A stretch of DNA of 64,000 nt from assembly GCF_037189885.1 (NCBI RefSeq), contig NZ_JBBCIR010000007.1:70218-134217 (forward strand), written 5' to 3'. The DNA is from Paludisphaera sp. (GTDB taxonomy: Bacteria > Planctomycetota > Planctomycetia > Isosphaerales > Isosphaeraceae). Of the stretch, positions 17,560-27,067 are shown piece by piece (the stretch's first letter is position 1; every line of letters begins with the position of its first letter). Made by a program: the position numbers and the translations under genes. Under the pieces are notes generated by a model. It was given only the letters and a program-made list of their open reading frames with translations. It did not search any database and was not told where the DNA came from.

Positions 17560-19713
17560 ATGGCGACGGCCACCAAGCAGCCCTCCAGCGCTTCTCCCGC
17601 GACGCCCGAAGGCGGGCGTTCGGTCTGGGGGAGGATCCTGGCGGCGATCGACGAGTTGTACAGGTTCCTCGCGTCGCTGAAGCTGGCCGTGCTGTCGCTC
17701 TCCAGCCTGGCGCTGGCGCTGGCGTTCGCGACGTGGTTCGAGTCGACCTACGGCACCAAGGCGGTCCAGGCGTTCGTCTATCAGAGCGCCTGGTTCTCGC
17801 TGCTGCTGGCGTTCCTGGCGATCAACATCCTCTGCGCGGCGACCATCCGGTTCCCCTGGAAGAAGCGTCAGACCGGGTTCGTCATCACGCATACCGGGCT
17901 GCTGGTGCTGATCGCCGGGTCGTACGTCCACTTCCAGTCGGGCGACGAGGGGCTGGTCGGGATGCAGGAGGGGGAGAGCCGCCGCGAGATGCTGCGGACC
18001 GACTTCCCCGTCTTCCGGCTCCGCGAGGTCGACCCGCACACGAGCCAGCCGACCGCGACCTACGCCATGCCGTTCGACGAGACCGGCCCGTTCCCCTGGG
18101 GGGACGGCCAGCCCCGCATCCGCAACATCTTCGACCTGACGGTGAACCGCCTCACCGGCGGCATGTTCCCCAGGCCCCACGACGAGGCGGACGTCCTCAG
18201 CCGCGAGGGGGATCCGTTCACGCTGGCCGTCCGCCAGTACCTGCCGGCCTCGGCCCCGGCCACCGTCCGCGAGCCCGATCCCAAGGGCCAGCCGATGGCC
18301 CGGATGCTCCTGAAGTTCAAGGGCCCCGGCATGCCGGAGGCCCGCGACGCCAACCCGGAAGACGCCGCCCAGTGGTTCAAGCTCGACCGCCGCTTCCAGC
18401 GCGTGGCGCGCAGCGGGGGCATGCCGACGCTGATGTCGTTCGCCCACGTCGACCGGCCCGAGTACGTCGAGGACTTCCTCAACCCCCCGCTCGACGCGAG
18501 CCCGACCGGCGTCGCCCGGTTCCGCTACGCCGACAAGGAGGGGAAGGAGCGGTCCTATGACTTCGTCCTGGAGACGAAGGCGGGCGAGTTCATCCCGCTC
18601 CCCGACAGCGACCTGAGCGTCTCGCTGGACAAGCTGGCCACCTTCCCCACCGGCGAGCTGGCCCGGACGGTGGGCGAGGACGCGATCCCGATCGCCGTCT
18701 TCGACATCAAGAAGGGGGACGGCGAGCCGATCGAGCACGTCGCGATGGGGGCGATGCCGATGTTCCCCAACGTGATCCCGCGGGCGACGGACGACGGCGG
18801 CAAGCCCCCCGAGGCGCTGGCGCGGATCCACCTGATGCTGCCGCCGGACCTCGACCCGCGCACCAGCTCGATGTTCGGCCAGATCGACGTGCTGGCCGCG
18901 CCGGGGGACAAGCTGTACTACCGCGCGTTCGGCCGGGGCAAGGACAACAAGCCCGAGCTGCGGTCGTCCGGGCCGGTGACGATCGGCAAGGAGATGAACG
19001 TCTTCGGCGGGGCCGACGCGGCGATGACGCTGACGTTCCAGGTGGCCGAGTACCACCCGTCGGCCGTCGAGCGGCGGATCTACCGCCCTGCGCTGGCGAT
19101 CGGCACCCAGATGGACGAGGCGCTGCCGGCCTGCCTGATCGACGTGACCGTCGATGGCGCGACCGAGTCGATCTGGCTGCAGCGCGGCGAGTCGCTGGAC
19201 GCCCCGCTGTACCGCCCGCTGCCGATCGGCGGCCGGTCGTTCGAGATCGCCTACGACGTGGACCGCAAGCCGCTGGGCTTCGAGCTGAAGCTGAAGGACT
19301 TCGAGGTCGGCTTCGAGCCCGGGACCGAGCAGCCGACGAAGTTCGTCAGCACGGTCGCCGTGGACGACCCCGGCCAGGCGGCGACGGAGGAGGAGCACGT
19401 CATCTCCATGAACGAGCCGATGACCCACCGGGGGCTGACGTTCTACCAGATGCGATATTCGCCGCTCGTCGACCCGAGGACGGGCCAGCGCACGGGCGAG
19501 TTCCAGTCGGTGTTCCAGGTCGGCAGCAACCCGGGCCGGCCGATCATCTACTTCGGCAGCCTGCTGGTCGTCCTCGGGACGTTCGCGCAGTTCTACATGC
19601 GGGCCGGCCTCTTCTCCGACGGCGGGCGTCGCGAGCGCGCCCTGGCGGCCAAGAAGGCGGGCCTCCCGCCGCCGGACGAGCCGGAGACGCGCCAGGCCGA
19701 GGAAGAGCTTTGA
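17560..19713 (+). CDS. resB: Cytochrome c biogenesis system II protein ResB/CcsB-like
   Basis: N-terminal TM helices (FLASLKLAV, YQSAWF, RFPWKKRQTGFVITHTGLLVLIAG), a large soluble domain ending ISMNEPMTHRGLTFYQ, then NPGRPIIYFGSLLVVLG; adjacent to ccsA. Confidence 0.82.
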   Translation: MATATKQPSSASPATPEGGRSVWGRILAAIDELYRFLASLKLAVLSLSSLALALAFATWFESTYGTKAVQAFVYQSAWFSLLLAFLAINILCAATIRFPWKKRQTGFVITHTGLLVLIAGSYVHFQSGDEGLVGMQEGESRREMLRTDFPVFRLREVDPHTSQPTATYAMPFDETGPFPWGDGQPRIRNIFDLTVNRLTGGMFPRPHDEADVLSREGDPFTLAVRQYLPASAPATVREPDPKGQPMARMLLKFKGPGMPEARDANPEDAAQWFKLDRRFQRVARSGGMPTLMSFAHVDRPEYVEDFLNPPLDASPTGVARFRYADKEGKERSYDFVLETKAGEFIPLPDSDLSVSLDKLATFPTGELARTVGEDAIPIAVFDIKKGDGEPIEHVAMGAMPMFPNVIPRATDDGGKPPEALARIHLMLPPDLDPRTSSMFGQIDVLAAPGDKLYYRAFGRGKDNKPELRSSGPVTIGKEMNVFGGADAAMTLTFQVAEYHPSAVERRIYRPALAIGTQMDEALPACLIDVTVDGATESIWLQRGESLDAPLYRPLPIGGRSFEIAYDVDRKPLGFELKLKDFEVGFEPGTEQPTKFVSTVAVDDPGQAATEEEHVISMNEPMTHRGLTFYQMRYSPLVDPRTGQRTGEFQSVFQVGSNPGRPIIYFGSLLVVLGTFAQFYMRAGLFSDGGRRERALAAKKAGLPPPDEPETRQAEEEL

Positions 19714-19814
19714 CGAGCGAGGCGACGCCCTCCCCCGCCCCCTCGGGGGGGACGCATCAAGCCAGTAGCATTTGCATGAGCCATCGAAACGCACGCCGCT
19801 CCGGGAGACACGCG

Positions 19815-22460
19815 ATGAGACCATACGGGCGATTCCTGACCAGCCTGGCCGCTTGCGGCCTATCGGGCCTGCTGGGGCTCGCGATCGCCGGGACGGCGAC
19901 GGCGGAGGAGGCCGCGGGGCCCGCCGGGGCCTCGGCGAAGCCGGGCCGGCTGGGCGACACCCCGGCCTACGATCGGGTCGGGCGGATCGCGGTCATGCAC
20001 CAGGGGCGCGTCAAGCCGCTGGACACCGTGGCGCGCGAGGAGGTCAAGCAGATCTTCGGCCGCGAGACGATCAAGCTGCTGGACGACCGCAACCAGGTCG
20101 TCGAGTCCTGGTCGCCGGTCGCCGCGTTCGTCGACTGGATCGTCCGGCCCGAGCACTGGGACTCGCAGCCGTTCATCCTGGTCGACTACCTGCCGCTGAA
20201 GCGCGAGATCCTCAAGAGCACGCTCAACGCGAAGTTCCTGGCGATCGCCGAGCGTCCCGAGACCCCCGACGCGGACAAGCAGGCCCTCGCCGCGCTGGCC
20301 GACGACGAGGACATCGACGCCGCCCGGCTCCGCGCCTTTTTGAGGACGGCGAAGATCGAGAAGGTCGACGCCGACGCCCTGGAGGCGATGGCGGCGAAGC
20401 TGGCGGAGGAGCACAAGTGGCTCTCGCCAGAGGAGCTGCGCGACGCGCGGATCCGCCACGGCGACCACGAGGAAGACTTCATGGCGTGGGTCTCCCAGCT
20501 CGACGAGCAGCGGCGCCAGTTCGACACCAGCCCGACCCTCGCGGCGCGGCTGACCGAGGTGGAGCGTCGCGCGGTCGAGGTTGGGCAGCGGCTGGCGACG
20601 TACATGGCGTACTCGGGCGACGAGATGCGGTCGGTCGGGCTGATCCGGATCATGCCCCGTCCGTTCGGCCCGGAGGCGTTCGCGTTCATCAAGGACGTCG
20701 TCGAGCGCGTGCGGTCGGACCGGAACCTCAGCCCGCGCGACCTGCCGCCGGTCGACTTCGACGCCCTGAAGGCGCTGGACACCTACCTCAACGACGTGCC
20801 GGGCGCCGACCGCCACGACCCGGGCGAGGACGCGGAGTTCGACCGGAAGTTCGCCGCGTACCTGGCCGAGAACTCGGTCTGGACGCCGCTGAAGGTCATG
20901 CTGAAGGCCGACCCCGAGACGCTGGTGAAGGCCGGCTACCCCGAGGCCCAGACCCGCGCGTTCCTGGACGCCTACGCGGCCTTCGTGGACGCCCAGAACA
21001 GGTACCCCGGCGAGGTGCCGCTGGAGACGGCCGACGCCCTGCTGACGGCCTCGCGGGAGCTGGGGCAGGCCGTAAACCCCGAGCACTACCCGACCGCGGC
21101 GAAGATGGACCGCGAGTGGCGGTTCAACGCCGTCAACCCGTTCTACCTGGCGCCATTCGCCTACGGCCTGGCGACCGTCCTCCTGGCGATCGCGCTGGGC
21201 TTCGCCGGCGGCCGCGTCGGCGAGATGGGGTCGTTCGGCCGGACGATCTACGGCGGAGGGATGCTCGGGCTGCTGGCCGGGATCGGCCTGGAGTGCTACG
21301 GCTTCTACGAGCGGGTTCTCATCACCGGATGGGCCCCGGTCACGAACATGTACGAGACGGTCATCTGGGTCGCCCTGGTGGCCGGCGTGATGGCCTTCAT
21401 CTTCGAGCTGATCTACCGCCGGACGTTCGCCGGGGTCGCCGGCTCGGCGGTGGCGCTGCTGGGGACGATCACGGCGGTGAACGTGCCGCTGCTGGACCCC
21501 AGCATCAAGAGCCTCCAGCCGGTGCTCCGCAGCAACCTCTGGCTGACGGTCCACGTCATCACCGAGGTCTCCAGCTACGCGGCGTTCGGCATGGCCTGGG
21601 CGCTGGGGCTGATCGCGACGCTCTTCTACCTGACGGCCACCTACCGTCGGTCGCCCTCCTACGGCGAACTGGCCTCGCCGCTGGTCCCGGGCTTCCCGCT
21701 CTTCACGGTGGGCTTCGGCGGGATGGCGGCGGGCTACGGGATGTTCGGGCCGGACTGGGCGATGTCCGACAACCTCTTCTATGCCTTCTCGACGATGGCC
21801 GCGATCGGCGGGACGATCTCGCTGGGGACGACGCTGGCCCTGGTCGGCGAGATGTTCAACCGGGCGACCTCGAACGTCGTCCGCGGCGAGCAGCCCTCCG
21901 CCACGGCCGATCCGATCGCCTCGCCCGGCCCCGACGCCCCGCGGCCCCGGCCGACGGTCGAGCAGATCCGCGCCATGGCCGCGCCGGCGACCCTGGACGC
22001 CCGCGGCGAGGCGATGCAGAGAACGGCCGCGGTGATCAAGCCGATCTCCAACTTCATCTACCGCTCGATGCAGGTCGGCGTCCTGCTGATCGCCGCCGGG
22101 ACCATCCTGGGCGGCGTCTGGGCCGACTACTCGTGGGGGCGGTTCTGGGGCTGGGATCCCAAGGAGGTCTGGGCGCTGATCACGCTCCTGGTGTACCTCG
22201 TGCCGCTGCACGGGCGGTTCGCCGGCTGGGTGAGCACGTTCGGCCTGGTCTTCTGGTCGGTCGCGTGCTTCCTGTCGGTCATCATGGCGTGGTACGGCGT
22301 GAACTTCGTGCTGGGCGTCGGCCTCCACAGCTACGGCTTCGTGGAAGGCGGCTCGCAGGGCGCGATGGGCCTGATCGTCTGCGGCGTCATGTCGCTGCCC
22401 CTGGGCGCCTGGTGGCGTCGCAAGCTGGCGAGCCTGCGTCCGGTCGAGACGGTGGCGTGA
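19815..22460 (+). CDS. ccsA: Cytochrome c biogenesis protein CcsA (large form with N-terminal extracytoplasmic domain)
   Basis: GRVKPLDT, APVTNMYET, PVLRSNLWLTVHV, the WWD signature WADYSWGRFWGWDPKEVW and the C-terminal GLHSYG. ATG 19815 follows GGGAGA. Confidence 0.93.
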   Translation: MRPYGRFLTSLAACGLSGLLGLAIAGTATAEEAAGPAGASAKPGRLGDTPAYDRVGRIAVMHQGRVKPLDTVAREEVKQIFGRETIKLLDDRNQVVESWSPVAAFVDWIVRPEHWDSQPFILVDYLPLKREILKSTLNAKFLAIAERPETPDADKQALAALADDEDIDAARLRAFLRTAKIEKVDADALEAMAAKLAEEHKWLSPEELRDARIRHGDHEEDFMAWVSQLDEQRRQFDTSPTLAARLTEVERRAVEVGQRLATYMAYSGDEMRSVGLIRIMPRPFGPEAFAFIKDVVERVRSDRNLSPRDLPPVDFDALKALDTYLNDVPGADRHDPGEDAEFDRKFAAYLAENSVWTPLKVMLKADPETLVKAGYPEAQTRAFLDAYAAFVDAQNRYPGEVPLETADALLTASRELGQAVNPEHYPTAAKMDREWRFNAVNPFYLAPFAYGLATVLLAIALGFAGGRVGEMGSFGRTIYGGGMLGLLAGIGLECYGFYERVLITGWAPVTNMYETVIWVALVAGVMAFIFELIYRRTFAGVAGSAVALLGTITAVNVPLLDPSIKSLQPVLRSNLWLTVHVITEVSSYAAFGMAWALGLIATLFYLTATYRRSPSYGELASPLVPGFPLFTVGFGGMAAGYGMFGPDWAMSDNLFYAFSTMAAIGGTISLGTTLALVGEMFNRATSNVVRGEQPSATADPIASPGPDAPRPRPTVEQIRAMAAPATLDARGEAMQRTAAVIKPISNFIYRSMQVGVLLIAAGTILGGVWADYSWGRFWGWDPKEVWALITLLVYLVPLHGRFAGWVSTFGLVFWSVACFLSVIMAWYGVNFVLGVGLHSYGFVEGGSQGAMGLIVCGVMSLPLGAWWRRKLASLRPVETVA

Positions 22461-22944
22461 AGACGACGACCGCCTGACCCGCGGGGGAGGCCGACTCCCC
22501 CGGCGGATTCTCCGCCAGCCCCCTCGCGAAGTCGATCCACGCGGCGAGGTCGAGCCCCAGCAACGCGGGCCCGGCCTCGCCGCGAGCCGTTTCGAAGTGC
22601 CCCGCCGCGCGCGTCGCCAGCGACCGGACGCCCCCCGGCCGCCCCTGCCGCGCCTTCACTCCGGCCGCCGCCAGCTTGATGAGCCCCTTCAGCACCATCG
22701 CGACCGGCCCCGCCCTGCCGTGGGCGTGCCACAGCGCCTCCCAGCGCTCGTGAGCCTCCCAGTAGAACCCGGCGTCGAACAGGTCGAAGCCGCGGAGGTA
22801 GGCGTCCGACTCGCGCCAGGCGTCGTCGACGATCGGCGCGGCGTCGATCGGCCCGCCGTCGTCGCCGGGTCGCGGCCGGCCGCCTCCGGGGACGTAGGTG
22901 GAGGACGGCAGCGGTCGCGGCTGGTATGCTCGGGGCGTTTCCAT
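22387..22944 (-). CDS. DUF309-family protein
   Basis: YLRGFDLFDAGFYWEAHERWEALW and LKGLIKLAAA motifs; converges on and overlaps the 3' end of ccsA. Confidence 0.8.
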   Translation of the reverse strand: METPRAYQPRPLPSSTYVPGGGRPRPGDDGGPIDAAPIVDDAWRESDAYLRGFDLFDAGFYWEAHERWEALWHAHGRAGPVAMVLKGLIKLAAAGVKARQGRPGGVRSLATRAAGHFETARGEAGPALLGLDLAAWIDFARGLAENPPGESASPAGQAVVVFTPPSRPDAGSPACDATRRPGAAT

Positions 22945-22976
22945 CGTCGCGAACTCCGAGGAGATAATCCCAACGG

Positions 22977-23166
22977 CCTTCTCCCCTGGAGGGAGAAGGT
23001 GGCCCGGAGGGCCGGATGAGGGGGCGCGAGCGGCACGAGCATCGGGGTACGAAGGGACCTCCCGAGGCAGTCGGCCTGGGCCGTGGTGTCGAAGTCCGAT
23101 GCTCCCCGCGCGCCTCCCCCTCATCTGACCGCTTCGCGGTCTGTCTTCCCCCTCCAGGGGGGAAGA
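22977..23166. repeat. Inverted pair of REP-like repeats enclosing a ~90-bp core (MITE/REP-doublet-like)
   Basis: CCTTCTCCCCTGGAGGGAGAAGGTGGCCCGGAGGGCCGGATGAGGGG (22977-23023) and the inverse-oriented CCCCTCATCTGACCGCTTCGCGGTCTGTCTTCCCCCTCCAGGGGGGAAGA (23117-23166). Confidence 0.65.
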
Positions 23167-23215
23167 GCGCGACAATCGCCCTTGATCCGCATTCGGTCCC
23201 GGAGCCGCGCGCCTG

Positions 23216-24613
23216 ATGTCGCAACCGCCCGTCTTCGTCGTCAACGCCGTGGGGATGACCCGACGGCTGCTGGAGCACGCACCTCGCCTCCGCTCGCTGG
23301 CCGAGGCCGGCTGGGCGCGGCCGCTGGAGGAGGTCCACCCGGCCGTCACCTGCACGGCGCAGGCCAGCCTGTTGACCGGCAAGCTCCCTCGGGACCACGG
23401 CATCGTCGCCAACGGCTGGCTGTTCCGCGATACCCGCGAGGTCCGATTCTGGCAGCAGTCCGCCGCGCTGGTCCAGGCCGAGACGATCGAGACGACGCTG
23501 CGCCGGCTCGGCCGGGATCGCGGCCGGCCGTTCAAGGTCGCCAAGCTGTTCTGGTGGTTCAACCAGGGCGCCGAGGTCGACCTGAGCGTCACGCCCAAGC
23601 CCTATTACGGCGCCGACGGCAACAAGGTCTTCGGCATTTCCGGCACCCCCGACGGCCTGTGCGAGCGCCTGGAATCGCGACTGGGCAAGTTCCCGTTCCA
23701 CACCTTCTGGGGGCCCAGCGCCGGGCTTCCATCCACCGCCTGGATCGCGAGGGCCGCCGCCGACGTCCTGCGCGACGACCGGCCCGACCTGACCTTCGTC
23801 TACCTGCCGCACCTGGACTACGAGCCCCAGCGCAAGGGGCCCTCCGGCTGCGACATGCCGAAACTCGTCCGCGAGCTGGACGACGCGGCGGCTCCGCTCC
23901 TGGACGCCGCCGCGTCCGTCGGCGCTCGCGTCTGGGTCGTCAGCGAGTACGGCCATCGCGACGTCTCCCGTCCCGTCCTGCTCAACCGCGCGCTGCGAAA
24001 GGGGGGCCTGCTCACCGTCCGCCCCGGCCCGTTCGGCGAGATGATCGACGCCTTCAACAGCCGCGCGCTCGCCGTGTGCGACCACCAGCACGCCCATGTT
24101 TATGTGCCGAACCCCGAGGATGTCCCCGCCGCGCGCGAGTTGATCGCCGCGCTGCCGGGCGTGGCGCGGGCGCTGGCCGGCGAGGAACGGGCGGAGATCG
24201 GCCTGGATCACGAGCGGTCCGGCGAGATCGTCGCCCTCTCGGAGCCAGACGCCTGGTTCGCCTACCCGTACTGGCTGGACGACGCGAACGCGCCGGACTT
24301 CGCGCGGACGATCGACATCCACCGCAAGCCGGGCTTCGACCCCTGCGAGATGTTCTTCGACCCCGCGCTCGCCTGGCCGAAGGGCCGCGCCATCCGTCGG
24401 CTGATCCAAAAGAAGCTGGGGTTCCGCGCGCTGTTCGACGTGGTGCCGCTCGACCCGAACCTCGTCCGAGGGGGCCACGGCCTCCCCGCCGACGACCCGC
24501 TCGACCGCCCCGTCCTGGTCGCCGACGGCCCCGCGCCGGGGGGCGACTCGCTCAAGACCACGGACTTTCGCGACCTGCTGCTGAACGCCGTCGCCCCGGA
24601 GGGTGCCCGATGA
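23216..24613 (+). CDS. Alkaline phosphatase superfamily nucleotide pyrophosphatase/phosphodiesterase (EboF-like)
   Basis: PAVTCTAQASLLTG, HGIVANGW, WQQS, YLPHLDY, VSEYG and DIHRKPGFDPCEMF. Confidence 0.85.
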   Translation: MSQPPVFVVNAVGMTRRLLEHAPRLRSLAEAGWARPLEEVHPAVTCTAQASLLTGKLPRDHGIVANGWLFRDTREVRFWQQSAALVQAETIETTLRRLGRDRGRPFKVAKLFWWFNQGAEVDLSVTPKPYYGADGNKVFGISGTPDGLCERLESRLGKFPFHTFWGPSAGLPSTAWIARAAADVLRDDRPDLTFVYLPHLDYEPQRKGPSGCDMPKLVRELDDAAAPLLDAAASVGARVWVVSEYGHRDVSRPVLLNRALRKGGLLTVRPGPFGEMIDAFNSRALAVCDHQHAHVYVPNPEDVPAARELIAALPGVARALAGEERAEIGLDHERSGEIVALSEPDAWFAYPYWLDDANAPDFARTIDIHRKPGFDPCEMFFDPALAWPKGRAIRRLIQKKLGFRALFDVVPLDPNLVRGGHGLPADDPLDRPVLVADGPAPGGDSLKTTDFRDLLLNAVAPEGAR

Positions 24614-26037
24614 GGATGAGAACGCTCGCCGCGCTGATCGCGCTGACGCTCCCCGCCCCCCTGCTCGCCGCGCCCGCGACGCCCGACCGGCCGAACGTCG
24701 TCGTGATCTTCTGCGACGACCTGGGCTACGCCGACCTGGGCTGCTTCGGCGCGACGAATTACGCCACGCCCAACCTCGACCGCATGGCCGCGGAGGGCGC
24801 GAAATTCACGGATTTCTACGTGGCGACCGCCGTCTGCTCGGCCTCGCGCGCGGCGCTCCTGACGGGCAGCTATCACGAGCGGGTCGGCATCCGGGGCGCG
24901 CTCGGCCCCAGGACGAACGTCGGGCTTTCTCACGCCGAGACGACGATGGCCGAGATGTTCCGCTCGGCCGGCTACGCGACCGGCATGGCCGGCAAGTGGC
25001 ACCTGGGCGCGCGGCCGTCGCAATCCCCGATCCATCACGGATTCGACGAGTTCCTCGGCCTCCCCTACTCCGGCGACATGTGGCCCCACCACCCCGAGCA
25101 CCCGGAGGGCTATCCGAAGCTCCCGCTGATCGAGGGGGATCGGCCGGCGATCGCCGACGTCACCGCCGAGATCCAGAAGTCGCTCACGACCCGATTCGCC
25201 GCCCGCGCGGTCGACTTCATCGGCCGCAACAAGGACCGGCCGTTCTTCTTCTACCTCGCCCCCAACATGCCCCACGTCCCGCTCTTCGTCCGCGACGACA
25301 ACGCCGGCAAGAGCGGCGCGGGGGCCTACGGCGACGTGATCCGCGAGATCGACGAGGCCGTCGGCTCGATCCTGTCGGCGCTTCGCGAGGCGGGGGTCGA
25401 CGACAGAACGCTGGTCGTCTTCACCTCCGACAACGGCCCCTGGCTGAGCTACGGCGACCACGGCGGCTCGGCCGGCCCGCTTCGCGAGGGGAAGGGGACG
25501 AGCTACGAGGGGGGCGTCCGCGTGCCGTTCCTGGCCCGATGGCCGGGCCATATCCCGGCGGGCCTCGTCCAGCCGCAGCCCGCGGCGACGATCGACCTGC
25601 TGCCGACGTTCGCCGCGATCGCCGGCGCCGAGCCCCCCGCCCCGCAGATCGACGGCCTGGACATCCGCCCGCTCCTGTTCGGCGAGCCCGACGCCCGGAG
25701 CCCCCACGAGGCCCTCTTCTTCTACTACGGCGCCGGCGAACTCCAGGCCATGCGGTTGGGCAAATGGAAGTTGATGTTCCCCCACGAAACCCGCACCATG
25801 CTAGGCCAGGCCCCCGGGCGCGGCGGCACGCCGGGCAAATACCGGCCGCTCGCCGTCGGCCTGGAGCTTTACGACCTCGATTCGGACGTCGGCGAGACGA
25901 ACAATCTAGCGGCCCAACACCCCGAGATTATCGCGCGCCTCCAGCAAACGGCCGACGCCATGCGCGCCCGCCTCGGCGACCGGCTAACCGGCCACGCCCC
26001 CGCCGAGGTCCGCCCCGCCGACACCGCGAGGGATTGA
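24610..26037 (+). CDS. Arylsulfatase-family sulfatase with signal peptide
   Basis: PNVVVIFCDDLGY, formylglycine motif CSASRAALLTG, GKWHLG, PHVP, FTSDNG, EGGVRVP and ELYDL. Confidence 0.93.
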   Translation: MRMRTLAALIALTLPAPLLAAPATPDRPNVVVIFCDDLGYADLGCFGATNYATPNLDRMAAEGAKFTDFYVATAVCSASRAALLTGSYHERVGIRGALGPRTNVGLSHAETTMAEMFRSAGYATGMAGKWHLGARPSQSPIHHGFDEFLGLPYSGDMWPHHPEHPEGYPKLPLIEGDRPAIADVTAEIQKSLTTRFAARAVDFIGRNKDRPFFFYLAPNMPHVPLFVRDDNAGKSGAGAYGDVIREIDEAVGSILSALREAGVDDRTLVVFTSDNGPWLSYGDHGGSAGPLREGKGTSYEGGVRVPFLARWPGHIPAGLVQPQPAATIDLLPTFAAIAGAEPPAPQIDGLDIRPLLFGEPDARSPHEALFFYYGAGELQAMRLGKWKLMFPHETRTMLGQAPGRGGTPGKYRPLAVGLELYDLDSDVGETNNLAAQHPEIIARLQQTADAMRARLGDRLTGHAPAEVRPADTARD

Positions 26038-26173
26038 CCATGGACCGCGGCCGCGCCGCGACGTTCGATCTCCGCACCGGCGTGCGGGGTCGCCCGTCGC
26101 GCGCGCCATATCCCCTGGCCCGCGCATCCCTGATTCGCCGACGGTCGAACGCACCCCTTGAGCGGCTCGAGCC

Positions 26174-26201
26174 TTGAACTCTCGCCGCGCGTCGCTATTC
26201 T
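26174..26201 (+). promoter_or_regulatory. Candidate sigma70 promoter for ric
   Basis: TTGAAC-N16-TATTCT about 85 bp upstream of the ric start, in an AT-richer patch. Confidence 0.35.
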
Positions 26202-26285
26202 GTATATCGAGGTGCAGATTATCGATTCTCGGCTTCCCCGGCGATCGAAGACGATTCGCGGGGCTGATGGAGGAGGGCGGCAACG

Positions 26286-27005
26286 ATGGCGATTGACGCG
26301 ACGCGGGCGGTCGGCGAACTGGTGGCCGAGAAGATTTCGAGGGCCTCGGTCTTCGATCGGTTCGGCCTGGATTATTGCTGTCATGGGCAGGTCGCGTTGG
26401 ACGAAGCGTGCCGGCGCAAGGGCGTGGCGGTGGGCGAGGTGGTCGCGGCGATCGCGGCCGACGACGCGGCGCCCCCGGCGGAGGACGAGCCCGATTACGC
26501 GAGCATGCCGCTGACGGAGCTTGCCGACCGGATCGTGTCGACCCACCACGCCCTCCTCCGGCGCGAGCTGCCGAGGCTCCATGAGCTGCTGTCCCGGGTC
26601 GTCAACGCGCACGCCGACCGCCACCCCGAGCTTCGCGAGGTCGCGACGACCTACGCGGCCTTCCGAGAGGAGCTGGATTCCCACCAATCGAAGGAGGAGC
26701 AAGTCCTCTTCCCGATGATCCGCGAGCTTGAGGCGGCTACCAGTTCTCCCAGCTTCCATTGCGGGAGCGTCGAGAACCCGGTCCGGGTCATGATGCACGA
26801 GCACGATTCCGCCGGCGCGGCGATCGCGCGGATGCGGGAGTTGACCGGCGACTTCGCGACGCCCCCCGACGGCTGCACGACTTACCAGGCCCTGATGGCC
26901 GGGCTGGCCGCCGTCGAGCACGACCTGCACCGCCACGTCCACAAGGAGAACAACATCCTCTTCCCCCGCGCCGTCGCCCTGGAAGCGAGTCTGGCCGGGG
27001 TTTGA
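26286..27005 (+). CDS. ric: Iron-sulfur cluster repair di-iron protein (Ric/YtfE/ScdA)
   Basis: FGLDYCCHG, IVSTHHALLRRELP, HQSKEEQVLFP, MMHEHD, TPPDGCTTY and HVHKENNILF. Confidence 0.95.
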   Translation: MAIDATRAVGELVAEKISRASVFDRFGLDYCCHGQVALDEACRRKGVAVGEVVAAIAADDAAPPAEDEPDYASMPLTELADRIVSTHHALLRRELPRLHELLSRVVNAHADRHPELREVATTYAAFREELDSHQSKEEQVLFPMIRELEAATSSPSFHCGSVENPVRVMMHEHDSAGAAIARMRELTGDFATPPDGCTTYQALMAGLAAVEHDLHRHVHKENNILFPRAVALEASLAGV

Positions 27006-27067
27006 CGCCTCCCGTTGCGATCCCCCGCCCCGCCACCGGGGCGCGGGATCGGCCTATCGCGGCCGGA

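Noticed and set aside
23216-24613. A full ebo (eboA-F) gene cluster
   Set aside because: Only an EboF-like phosphodiesterase is present; the neighbouring genes are DUF309 and a sulfatase.
26160-26285. NsrR or FNR operator upstream of ric that would tie it to the heme-motif ECF
   Set aside because: I found no convincing palindrome matching either consensus, so the NO link remains contextual only.
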